A stretch of DNA of 64,000 bases from an uncultured Clostridia bacterium (GTDB taxonomy: Bacteria; Bacillota; Clostridia; Christensenellales; UBA1242): the NCBI GenBank assembly GCA_934756675.1, contig CAKVLG010000001.1, positions 128,540-192,539 of the forward strand. The letters run 5' to 3'. This document shows positions 9,813 to 17,773 of the stretch, piece by piece; the first letter of the stretch is position 1; the number at the start of each line of letters is the position of its first letter. The notes below the pieces were generated by a model. That model ran no database searches, was not told where the DNA came from, and worked only from the letters and a program-made list of their open reading frames with translations. A program made the position numbers and the translations under genes.

Positions 9813-10010
9813 ATATCCCCCTAGTTTTCTATAGTATGGCAAAAACTCATGCTTTGTTGCAAATGATTTGAGCACAATTTTAAAAATCCGCCCTAAAATT
9901 TTAGTGAATTATTACTTTAGTAATAAAATATTTCGTTGACAATTATTTTGCGCTGTGATACATTACTCGTGCTTAAATTTTTGCAATAAAAAAGCCCAGG
10001 ATTCTGGACT

Positions 10011-10055
10011 TGGTGCACCATAAGGGATTCTAACCCCTAACCCTCGGTTCCGAAG
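10011..10055 (-). pseudogene. Orphan 3' half of a tRNA-Arg(UCG) gene (anticodon loop to CCA)
   Basis: The reverse complement reads cttcggaaccgagggttaggggttagaatcccttatggtgcacca: anticodon loop, 3' anticodon stem, T-arm, acceptor 3' strand and CCA. Its acceptor strand atggtgc pairs perfectly with the 5' half at 13281..13321. Confidence 0.75.
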
Positions 10056-10322
10056 GGGGCGACAAAACTTACCAAATTGTATCATATTTTAATCGTTTTT
10101 TAACATATAAAATCGTTTTGTGATATGGCTAAAACCCCGAGGAATAAAGGCTTTTAGGCACTTTAATTTAACAAAAGTTATCATACAATATTTTGTAAAT
10201 AAAATACAACATTAAACGACATACTCGCAGAATTTTTGCATTTTTATTGTAAATTATCTTAGAAAAGGTATTAAAAAACTATACATTTTATTGCATTTAA
10301 TTTTAGAAATAAAGAAAGAAAT

Positions 10323-10351
10323 TTGACAAAGTAGTTCAAAAGATGTAAGAT
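10323..10351 (+). promoter_or_regulatory. Sigma-A type promoter driving the SAM riboswitch/metK leader
   Basis: TTGACA (10323..10328), a 17-nt spacer, then TAAGAT (10346..10351). Confidence 0.6.
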
Positions 10352-10355
10352 GTTT

Positions 10356-10490
10356 ACATCCATAAAGAGTGTGCGAGGGACAGCCCCGTTGACCACACAG
10401 CAACCTGACAATGGTTAAGGTGCTAAAGGCTGACCGATGGGAACTATATAATTTTTAATCCTATCGGTAACGATGGGATTTTTTAATCCC
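10356..10490 (+). promoter_or_regulatory. SAM-I (S-box) riboswitch with terminator expression platform
   Basis: The conserved S-box core is readable: AAAGAG..GCGAGGGAcaGCCCcgTTGAccac..GCAACC....GGTGCTAAagGC. A terminator follows (aatcctatcg-gtaa-cgatgggatt plus TTTT, 10457..10485). Its 5' strand can alternatively pair with the P1 3' strand (cgatggga). Confidence 0.85.
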
Positions 10491-10524
10491 TTTATGGAAA
10501 TAAAAAATAAAGGATGAAAGAAAA

Positions 10525-11525
10525 ATGAAAAAAAATATTACAAGCGAAAGCGTAAACATTGGGCATCCTGATAAAACTTGTGATGTTATCGCAGATGCCT
10601 TTTTAGATGAAGCACTCTCGCAAGACCCAAATTCACAAATGGCTGTTGAGTGTGCAATTAAAAACAATAAACTTTATATTTACGGAGAAGCAACAACAAA
10701 AGCGAAGATAGATTATGATAGTATTGCACGAGCAATCTTGAAAGATATTGGTTACAAAAATAAATTTAAAATCATTAAAGAAATAAGTAAGCAAAGCCCT
10801 GACATCAATCAAGCTGTTGTTAAAGATGATATTGGTGCGAATGATCAAGGCATGGTTTATGGATACGCAACTAACGAAACAAAAGAATTCATACCATTGC
10901 CTCTCTTAATAGCCCATAAAATAATGCGTCAGTATGAGGCGTTTAGAAGAACAAGGACCGATTTCTTTGCAGATGCAAAAAGCCAAGTAACGGTAGAATA
11001 CAACAATGAAAAACCAAGTAAAATTTCTACTGTTTTAATCTCAGTTTCTCATGATAAAAGGCTTCAACTTGAAGAAATACAACAGTTAATTAAAGAGAAT
11101 GTTTTGGATAAGGTTTTGAAAGAATACAAAAAATACACAAAAGACATTCGCTACATTATCAATCCAAGTGGCAAATTTACAATTTGGGGTTCTTATGGAG
11201 ATTCTGGTTGCGTTGGAAGAAAGATAGTTGTTGATACTTATGGCGGAGTTGGTCGTGTTGGCGGTGGGTGCTTTTCAAGTAAAAATGCGACCAAGGTTGA
11301 TAGGTCTGGTGCTTATTATGCAAGATTTTGAGTTTTTTAGCACCAGTTTTAGCAAGTGTCGTTTTTATCTTTTTAAAGTTGTTTAAGATTACTTATTCTT
11401 CCCATAAGCAAAGGCATTCAGCCACTTTTGGAGTTATTAAATCACTAAAAGCCCGAAAATATAGGCAAAAGCAAGACTCAAGCGCATTTTTCGCTGTTCC
11501 GTTAGAAAAATTGAGATTTTTATAA
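10525..11525 (+). pseudogene. metK: S-adenosylmethionine synthetase, disrupted (premature stop, then frameshifted remnant)
   Basis: The first 268 aa carry MetK motifs (GHPDK, GANDQGMVYGYA, DAKSQVTVEY, GRKIVVDTYGG, KVDRSGAY). The frame then ends at TGA 11329..11331, where about 110 more residues are expected. Downstream frames hold only weak MetK-like fragments (ITY..ISKGIQPL.., TFG..K). Confidence 0.8.
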
Positions 11526-11584
11526 AATTATTGATACAAAAACAGCTATTGTGTGCTATAATCTCTTATAAGAGGAGTAATAAT

Positions 11585-11989
11585 ATGTTATTTGGACCTA
11601 AATTGCGAAAAGCAGAACTAAAAAACGGCAGAGAATTTTTTATAGAAGAACACAATAAATGTGCCTATTTATATGTCACAAATGAAAGAAGAAATCATAT
11701 CTTTGCTAAGTGTTGGCTTGCAAATTATTGTAAGGCTCCGATTGAAAAAGATATTAAATCAATGGAAAAAGGGATGCAACCAAGGATGCACATCTCTGCT
11801 TGTGCTATTCCAGAGGGTATTGCTCCAATTAAGAATTTTGAATTTAAATGGATTGATGAACAATCATTTGCTGTCATGGTTGAAGGCAAAGCTGTTGCTT
11901 TAATAAGAAATGTATTCACCGACAATGTTGAATGTTATAGCAAATTTATAACAAAAGAAACTTACGGCACAAAGCCACTTAAAATTTAA
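11585..11989 (+). CDS. Hypothetical protein (cargo of the island remnant)
   Basis: 134-aa ORF with an AGGAG Shine-Dalgarno sequence and no recognisable family. Confidence 0.5.
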   Translation: MLFGPKLRKAELKNGREFFIEEHNKCAYLYVTNERRNHIFAKCWLANYCKAPIEKDIKSMEKGMQPRMHISACAIPEGIAPIKNFEFKWIDEQSFAVMVEGKAVALIRNVFTDNVECYSKFITKETYGTKPLKI

Positions 11990-11998
11990 GGAGGATTT

Positions 11999-12610
11999 AT
12001 GAACATTCAGCCTATTTTAGATTTTTATAATAAAAAAATTTCTGCTAAAGAATTTGTTGAAATAGTAAATAATGATAATAGTTTACAAGATGAATTTAAT
12101 AAGGTTTTAAAAAATAGTCCGCCAAATCCTAAAACCACAACAGCAATTGAATGGATGAACACGAGTTATTCAAAAAACACAGATTTAGAAGACGGAACAA
12201 GAGTTGGTGATTATTTAGTCTGGTTATTGATAAGGGATTATTTATCAAAAGGTAAAAATATTCAATATTTAAGCCAAGAAGATATAAATGACTTTATCCT
12301 TAGTGGAATAACAGAAATGTCGTTGGTGTATAATGCGGAGAAAGATGTTGAAAAGTTTATTGTAAACAATGTTATATCCAAACTTGGCAAAATTGAAAGC
12401 ATATCAAAAGCGATTAAAGAAAGCAAAGAAATAGTTAAAACACTGTTTGTTTATGAAAATAAGCCACCGCGCTGGGCGCAAGCCTGTGAATGGCCAATTG
12501 AAAACAACAAGCCAATGGTATTCATTTCGCAAAAGAATGTTGGTGAAAAAGTGACCTATACTTTTAAAGACAGTAAATCACAAATAAAAGAAATTGTTCA
12601 GTATTATTAA
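11999..12610 (+). CDS. Hypothetical protein (cargo of the island remnant)
   Basis: 203-aa ORF with an AAGGAGG Shine-Dalgarno sequence. The C-terminal motif KPPRWAQACEWPIENNKPMVFISQ resembles, from memory only, the P.W.Q...WP...G.PM.F..Q block of YwqG/DUF1963-type proteins found in toxin-immunity loci. Confidence 0.55.
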   Translation: MNIQPILDFYNKKISAKEFVEIVNNDNSLQDEFNKVLKNSPPNPKTTTAIEWMNTSYSKNTDLEDGTRVGDYLVWLLIRDYLSKGKNIQYLSQEDINDFILSGITEMSLVYNAEKDVEKFIVNNVISKLGKIESISKAIKESKEIVKTLFVYENKPPRWAQACEWPIENNKPMVFISQKNVGEKVTYTFKDSKSQIKEIVQYY

Positions 12611-12618
12611 AACGGTAA

Positions 12619-12888
12619 AACTCGTGTGCAAGTTTAATGCTTGCAAACGGAACTCCAATGAAAAACATACAAGAATGGCTAGGACACTCAAATTTTAACA
12701 CCACAGCAGATGTTTATTCCCATGTTGATTTTAGTGCTAAAATAGAATCCGCCAAAATAATAGATAAAACAATCACTAGAAATAATGATGCTGAAAAAAC
12801 AAAAAAAGAAGATATAAGCGATGAAGAATTTGAGGAATTTTTAGAATGGCGAAGAAGAAAAAAGTTGCAACAAGATAGCGAAATGTAA
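12619..12888 (+). pseudogene. Tyrosine recombinase/integrase, C-terminal fragment only
   Basis: The frame reads SCASLMLANGTPMKNIQEWLGHSNFNTTADVYSHV. This is the conserved box II region, including the LGH motif and the catalytic Tyr in Y-x-H. An in-frame stop lies immediately upstream, so the N-terminal ~250 aa are missing. Confidence 0.8.
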
Positions 12889-12959
12889 AAAAATTGTATT
12901 TTTATGATACTAAAAAGCATTAAAAAACACTATATAAAATCAAACGGTATTTGCACAAA

Positions 12960-12992
12960 ATCTTAGTTTTATCTTAGAAAAATCTTAGAAAA
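12960..12992 (+). repeat. Three tandem 11-nt units ATCTTAG(TTTT/AAAA)
   Basis: The units atcttagtttt|atcttagaaaa|atcttagaaaa run head to tail. The same 11-mer atcttagaaaa recurs at 10256..10266 near the other end of the island. Confidence 0.6.
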
Positions 12993-13096
12993 ACACGATT
13001 TTTGAGCAAAAAAGGGCTAAAAATCACTACATTTTTGAAATCAAAAACTCGAACCCTTAAACAATGATACTTGACAGTGTAAGATATATGTGTGAT

Positions 13097-13135
13097 AAAA
13101 AAATAAAAAATCAGCGACTTGCTAAAAGTCGCTGA
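13097..13135 (-). terminator. Rho-independent terminator downstream of the intact tRNA-Arg
   Basis: tcagcgact-tgctaaa-agtcgctga hairpin (13111..13135) followed, on the minus strand, by a long T-run (A-run 13097..13110 on the plus strand). Confidence 0.65.
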
Positions 13136-13158
13136 AATGCCCTAAAATAAAGGGTTTT

Positions 13159-13235
13159 TGGTGCATCTGTACGGACTTGAACCGTAAACCCTCAGTTCCG
13201 AAGACTGATGCTCTATCCAATTGAGCTACAGATGC
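13159..13235 (-). tRNA. tRNA-Arg (anticodon UCG), CCA encoded
   Basis: The reverse complement gcatctgtagctcaattggatagagcatcagtcttcggaactgagggtttacggttcaagtccgtacagatgcacca folds as a 77-nt cloverleaf. Acceptor gcatctg/cagatgc, anticodon stem tcagt/actga, loop CTTCGGA. Confidence 0.9.
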
Positions 13236-13280
13236 AAATGCAACATTTTTTGATGGGAAATGTCAAACCCCTGACAATCT

Positions 13281-13321
13281 GTTCCGAAGACCGATGCTCT
13301 ATACAGTTGAGCTAATGGTGC
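13281..13321 (-). pseudogene. Orphan 5' half of a tRNA-Arg(UCG) gene (acceptor to anticodon loop)
   Basis: The reverse complement reads gcaccattagctcaactgtatagagcatcggtcttcggaac: acceptor 5' strand, D-arm, anticodon stem and loop. The sequence after it (13236..13280) is only a degenerate T-arm-like stretch and cannot close the acceptor stem. Confidence 0.75.
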
Positions 13322-13374
13322 ATAGAATAATTATATGCCAAATTTTTGCAAAAATCAATTTTGTAGGAGAATAT

Positions 13375-15135
13375 ATGTTTAAACTATTCAAAAAATTAAA
13401 CTATAAGCAATACATTGCCATGTGTTTGTCGCTTATTTTGATAGTTGGTCAAGTTTGGCTCGACCTTAAACTTCCAGACTACATGAACAGTATCACAACA
13501 CTTATTCAAACAAATGGCGCAATTTCAGAGATTTGGAAAAACGGCGGATATATGCTAGCATGTGCACTCGGCAGTCTGTTGCTTTCGTTTGTCGTTGGGT
13601 TCTTCACAGCAAAGATTGCCGCTGGGCTTTCGATGCGACTACGCTCTGATGTATATAACAGCGTTTCAAACTTCTCTAAGGGCGAAATTAACAAGTTTAC
13701 GACATCAAGTTTAATTACACGTACAACTAACGATATAACTCAAGTTCAAATGTTTTTTGCAATGGGTTTGCAAATGTTAATAAAAGCACCTGTTCTCGCT
13801 GTTTGGGCAATTATTAAAATCGCAGGCAAAAGCTGGCAATGGTCACTCACAACAGCTACAGCCGTTTGCGTGCTACTTGTAATGATAACCGTTCTTATTA
13901 TCTTTTGCTTACCTAAGTTCAAAATTGTTCAAAAGCAAACAGATGAAATCAACCGCCTTTCGCGTGAAAACCTAACAGGTCTTAGAATTGTTAAAGCCTT
14001 TAATGCCGAAGCTTATCAAGAAGAAAAGTTTGAAAAGGCAAACAATAACTTAACAAAAACCCAACTCACAACATCAACACTTATGAGCATGCTCAGTCCT
14101 ACCATGACGGCAATTATGAGTGGTCTTAGCCTTGCTATTTATTGGGTTGGTGCAAGCATAATTAAAAATGCTAATATGCTTGACCGCATCGGCCTATATT
14201 CAGACATGATGGTGTTTATGAGCTATTCTGTTCAAATTATAAGCGCATTCATCATGCTTGCATTCATCTTTGTACTTATGCCAAGAGCAATTATTTCAGC
14301 AAGACGTATTAACGAAATTCTTGACACAAAATCTTCTATAACAGACGGCAAAGGTGCTACTCCAACAGAAGTTGGCACAATTAAGTTCGATAATGTCGAC
14401 TTTAAGTATCCAAACGGTCAAGAAGACGTTTTGTCTAACATCAATCTCGACATTAAAAAGGGCGAGTTTGTTGCATTTATTGGTGCAACTGGCTGCGGTA
14501 AATCAACACTTGTAGACCTTGTTCCAAGATTTTTTGACGCAACTAGCGGAACTGTCTATGTCGATGGCGTAGACGTAAAAGACTATAAGCTTAACGACTT
14601 GCACAACCGTATTGGTTATGTTTCGCAAAAGGCAGTGCTATTTACAGGAACGGTGCTTGGCAACGTTACACTTGGAACTGTTGATGGCAAAAAGGTTTCA
14701 AACGAAGACGCAGCTGAAGCGATTAACCGCGCTCAAGCTAGCGAATTTGTAGACAAAATGAGCGAAAAAGAACAGTCATACATTGCTACAAGCGGCAAGA
14801 ATATTTCTGGCGGTCAAAAGCAACGTTTGTCTATCGCAAGAGCAATTGCCAGAAAACCAGAGTTTTTGATTTTCGATGATTCGTTCTCTGCCCTAGATTA
14901 TGCAACAGATAAAAAATTGCGTGCCACCCTTAAAAAAGACTTTAAAGGCACAACAATTTTGCTAGTTGCACAACGTATTGGTACTATTAAAGATGCCGAC
15001 AAGATTGTCGTGCTCGAAGATGGCAAAATTGTTGGCGTTGGTAAGCACAAAGATTTACTAGATAATTGCAAGACATACAAAGACATTGCACTTTCGCAAT
15101 TATCAAAGGAGGAAATCGATGGCACAGAAAAATAG
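13375..15135 (+). CDS. ABC transporter, fused permease/ATP-binding subunit (type-I exporter half-transporter A)
   Basis: Six-TM domain followed by an NBD with Walker A GATGCGKST, signature SGGQKQRLSIAR and Walker B FLIFDD. The start is set at ATG 13375 after an AGGAG Shine-Dalgarno sequence, not at 13294, which lies in the tRNA fragment. Confidence 0.9.
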   Translation: MFKLFKKLNYKQYIAMCLSLILIVGQVWLDLKLPDYMNSITTLIQTNGAISEIWKNGGYMLACALGSLLLSFVVGFFTAKIAAGLSMRLRSDVYNSVSNFSKGEINKFTTSSLITRTTNDITQVQMFFAMGLQMLIKAPVLAVWAIIKIAGKSWQWSLTTATAVCVLLVMITVLIIFCLPKFKIVQKQTDEINRLSRENLTGLRIVKAFNAEAYQEEKFEKANNNLTKTQLTTSTLMSMLSPTMTAIMSGLSLAIYWVGASIIKNANMLDRIGLYSDMMVFMSYSVQIISAFIMLAFIFVLMPRAIISARRINEILDTKSSITDGKGATPTEVGTIKFDNVDFKYPNGQEDVLSNINLDIKKGEFVAFIGATGCGKSTLVDLVPRFFDATSGTVYVDGVDVKDYKLNDLHNRIGYVSQKAVLFTGTVLGNVTLGTVDGKKVSNEDAAEAINRAQASEFVDKMSEKEQSYIATSGKNISGGQKQRLSIARAIARKPEFLIFDDSFSALDYATDKKLRATLKKDFKGTTILLVAQRIGTIKDADKIVVLEDGKIVGVGKHKDLLDNCKTYKDIALSQLSKEEIDGTEK

Positions 15136-16909
15136 ACAACGTGGCCGCAATATTCAAAAGCCAAAAAGTTTAATAAAATCGACTAAAAGATTGCTTGATT
15201 ATTCTAAAAAATATATGCCTATTGTAATCTTTGCAATTATCTGTTCTATGGCGGGCTCAATTCTTTCTGTCCTTGGCCCAGACCACCTAAAAGACATGGC
15301 AAATCACATTGCAACAAACATGTTTACGGGCATTGACTTAGCTGTCGTTTCGCAAATCGGTTTAACATTAGTTGCAATCTATACTACAAGTGTCATTCTA
15401 TCTATTTTGCAAAATATTATAATGGCACGCGTTTCTCACAAAATTTCACGAAATGTACGTTCTGACCTTTCAAGAAAAATAAACAAACTTCCTATTGGTT
15501 ACATTGACCATAACTCAACTGGCGACATTATGAGCCGCATAACTAACGACTCTGACCAATTGAGTCGCGGACTTTCGAACGGAATTACGACACTTGCAAG
15601 TGCAACAACAATGCTACTTGCATCAACTTTCATGATGTTTAAAACAGACTGGAGATTGGCACTCACAGCCATTGGTTCTTCTCTTGTTGGTTTTATATTC
15701 ATGGCAATTATAATTTCTATTTCCGAAAAATATTACATGGCTCAACAACAAGAACTTGGACGCATTGACGGTCACATCGAAGAAGTTTTCTCTGCCCACG
15801 ACATTGTTAATGTATATAATGCAACAGCAGAAAAGACTGGTGAGTTTGAAGTTATCAACAAAAAATTATACAACGCCGTTTGGAAAGCTGAATTCTTTGG
15901 CGGACTTATGCCATCACTCATGAACTTTATTGGCAACCTTGGGTTTGTTGCTGTTTGTGTAGTTGGTGCGGTGCTCGCTTCTAGCGGCAAAATATCTATT
16001 GGTACAATTGTTGCTTTCATCATTTATGTACGTCTATTCTTAAACCCATTAAATCAAATTGCTCAAGGGTTCTCTACCCTTCAATCTGCGGGCGCTGCAA
16101 GTGAACGAGTGTTTGAACTACTCGATCAAAAAGAACTCGAAGACGAAAGCTATAAAACAGCATACCTTGCTCCAGAAGATGTAAAAGGTAAAGTTGATTT
16201 CAATGATATTTGTTTTGGTTACAGCCCAGACAAAGAAACTATTTCTCATTTCACAATGCACATAAAACCTGGTCAAAAGGTCGCAATTGTTGGGCCAACA
16301 GGTGCGGGCAAAACAACAATTGTAAACTTGCTTATGCGTTTTTATGAACTTAATAGTGGTGACATTTGTATAGACGACATAAAAACAAGCGACCTTACAA
16401 GAGATAACATTCACAACTTGTTTGGTATGGTTCTTCAAGACACATGGCTATTCGATGGTACAATCCGCGAAAACCTGGTTTATGATAAAGAAAATGTATC
16501 AGATGAAACATTGAACAAAATTATCGATGCTTGCGGTCTATCTCACTTTGTTGGCACGCTTCCAAATGGGCTCGATACCAAGCTCGATGACAACACCGCC
16601 GTTTCGGTAGGTCAAAAACAGCTCTTAACAATTGCAAGAGCAATGGTTCAAAACTGCCCTATGCTTATCCTTGACGAAGCAACAAGCTCTGTCGATACAC
16701 GCACAGAAATTGTTATTCAAAACGCCATGGACAAGCTCACCAAAAATCGTACATCGTTTGTTATTGCTCACAGACTTTCGACAATCAAGAACGCTGACGT
16801 AATCATCGTTATGAACGAAGGCAAGATTATTGAAACTGGCAACCACAAAAAGCTTCTCGAAAAAGGCGGATTTTATACTAATTTGTATAATAGTCAATTT
16901 TCAAAATAA
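15119..16909 (+). CDS. ABC transporter, fused permease/ATP-binding subunit (half-transporter B, heterodimer partner)
   Basis: Walker A GPTGAGKTT, degenerate signature SVGQKQLLTIAR, Walker B LILDEATS. The start ATG 15119 after AAGGAGG overlaps the upstream stop by 17 nt. This pairing is typical of heterodimeric multidrug exporters. Confidence 0.9.
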   Translation: MAQKNRQRGRNIQKPKSLIKSTKRLLDYSKKYMPIVIFAIICSMAGSILSVLGPDHLKDMANHIATNMFTGIDLAVVSQIGLTLVAIYTTSVILSILQNIIMARVSHKISRNVRSDLSRKINKLPIGYIDHNSTGDIMSRITNDSDQLSRGLSNGITTLASATTMLLASTFMMFKTDWRLALTAIGSSLVGFIFMAIIISISEKYYMAQQQELGRIDGHIEEVFSAHDIVNVYNATAEKTGEFEVINKKLYNAVWKAEFFGGLMPSLMNFIGNLGFVAVCVVGAVLASSGKISIGTIVAFIIYVRLFLNPLNQIAQGFSTLQSAGAASERVFELLDQKELEDESYKTAYLAPEDVKGKVDFNDICFGYSPDKETISHFTMHIKPGQKVAIVGPTGAGKTTIVNLLMRFYELNSGDICIDDIKTSDLTRDNIHNLFGMVLQDTWLFDGTIRENLVYDKENVSDETLNKIIDACGLSHFVGTLPNGLDTKLDDNTAVSVGQKQLLTIARAMVQNCPMLILDEATSSVDTRTEIVIQNAMDKLTKNRTSFVIAHRLSTIKNADVIIVMNEGKIIETGNHKKLLEKGGFYTNLYNSQFSK

Positions 16910-16993
16910 AATATCGACGAATTACTTTTTTTAAAGCGAAAGTAGTTCGTTTTTTTGTTGTAAGATTAATTTATTTTGTGGTACAATTGTTGC

Positions 16994-17764
16994 ATGGAAA
17001 ATTTAGAAGAACAAAATTCACTTCCAGATAAAGAACTTGAAGAAAACAGCGAGCAACCAAAAAGCACATACAAAACGCTTGTTGAATGGAGTCAAAAACC
17101 ACAATCAAGGTTTTTGCTATCAGCGTGTGCAATATTTGGCTTTGTGTTTGTTTGCTTTATTTTTGTTTTTCAAATAATTCTTTGCCCCATTGGTGTAATT
17201 GGTGCTAGCATGCAACCAACAATAAACGTGAGTGCTGGCGGCGCGGACTACTCACAAAATACCGATGTTGTGTATTTCCGCAAATATGATGCCTATAATT
17301 ATAAAGATATTGTTATTATTGACGGTGGGTACACTCGTGACAAAGCAAAACTCATCAAGCGCGTTATTGCTACCCCAGGTCAAACAATAACTTTTAAATA
17401 TAAAAATAAAGTTTCACTCACTTCAAGTGAATATCGCGGATATATAACCGTTAATGTCGTTGTTGACGGAACCACGCTGTCCGAAGATTATATCAAAGAA
17501 GAAATGCGACTAAAAATATACCGCAACAACTTGGAATTTTATAATACTTACAACGAAATAATTTCCAAACTTGACGCCAAGCAAGATTATGTGTATACTT
17601 TAAGTCAAGACGAATACTTTGTTATGGGCGACAACCGCAACAATTCAACAGACAGCAGATTTTTTGGTCCAGTCAAAGCTAAGGATATTGACGGCAAAGT
17701 TGTTTTACACGTACCTTATGGCAAATCATTATTTATTGTAATTTGGAACAAAATTTTTAATTAG
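16994..17764 (+). CDS. lepB: Signal peptidase I
   Basis: Catalytic Ser box GASMQPTI, Lys box LIKRVIATPGQTI and the GDNRNNSTDSR box are all present, with an N-terminal TM helix. Confidence 0.88.
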   Translation: MENLEEQNSLPDKELEENSEQPKSTYKTLVEWSQKPQSRFLLSACAIFGFVFVCFIFVFQIILCPIGVIGASMQPTINVSAGGADYSQNTDVVYFRKYDAYNYKDIVIIDGGYTRDKAKLIKRVIATPGQTITFKYKNKVSLTSSEYRGYITVNVVVDGTTLSEDYIKEEMRLKIYRNNLEFYNTYNEIISKLDAKQDYVYTLSQDEYFVMGDNRNNSTDSRFFGPVKAKDIDGKVVLHVPYGKSLFIVIWNKIFN

Positions 17765-17773
17765 GAGAAACAT

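Larger units (their letters stand above)
10056..13280. mobile_element. Decayed integrative-element remnant inserted in the tRNA-Arg anticodon loop
   Basis: It is bounded by direct copies of gttccgaag (10047..10055 and 13281..13289). These are the anticodon loops of the two halves of one tRNA. The insert contains a tyrosine-recombinase C-terminal stub next to one end. Confidence 0.55.

Noticed and set aside
11328-11525. 65-aa ORF immediately after the metK stop
   Set aside because: It is best explained as a shifted-frame remnant of the metK 3' region (weak TFG..K / ITY similarity) rather than an independent gene. It has no Shine-Dalgarno sequence.
13294-13374. Upstream extension of the first ABC-transporter ORF (track start at 13294)
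   Set aside because: That ATG lies inside the tRNA-Arg 5'-half fragment. A good AGGAG Shine-Dalgarno sequence precedes ATG 13375, and MFKLFKKLNYKQ is a normal exporter N-terminus.
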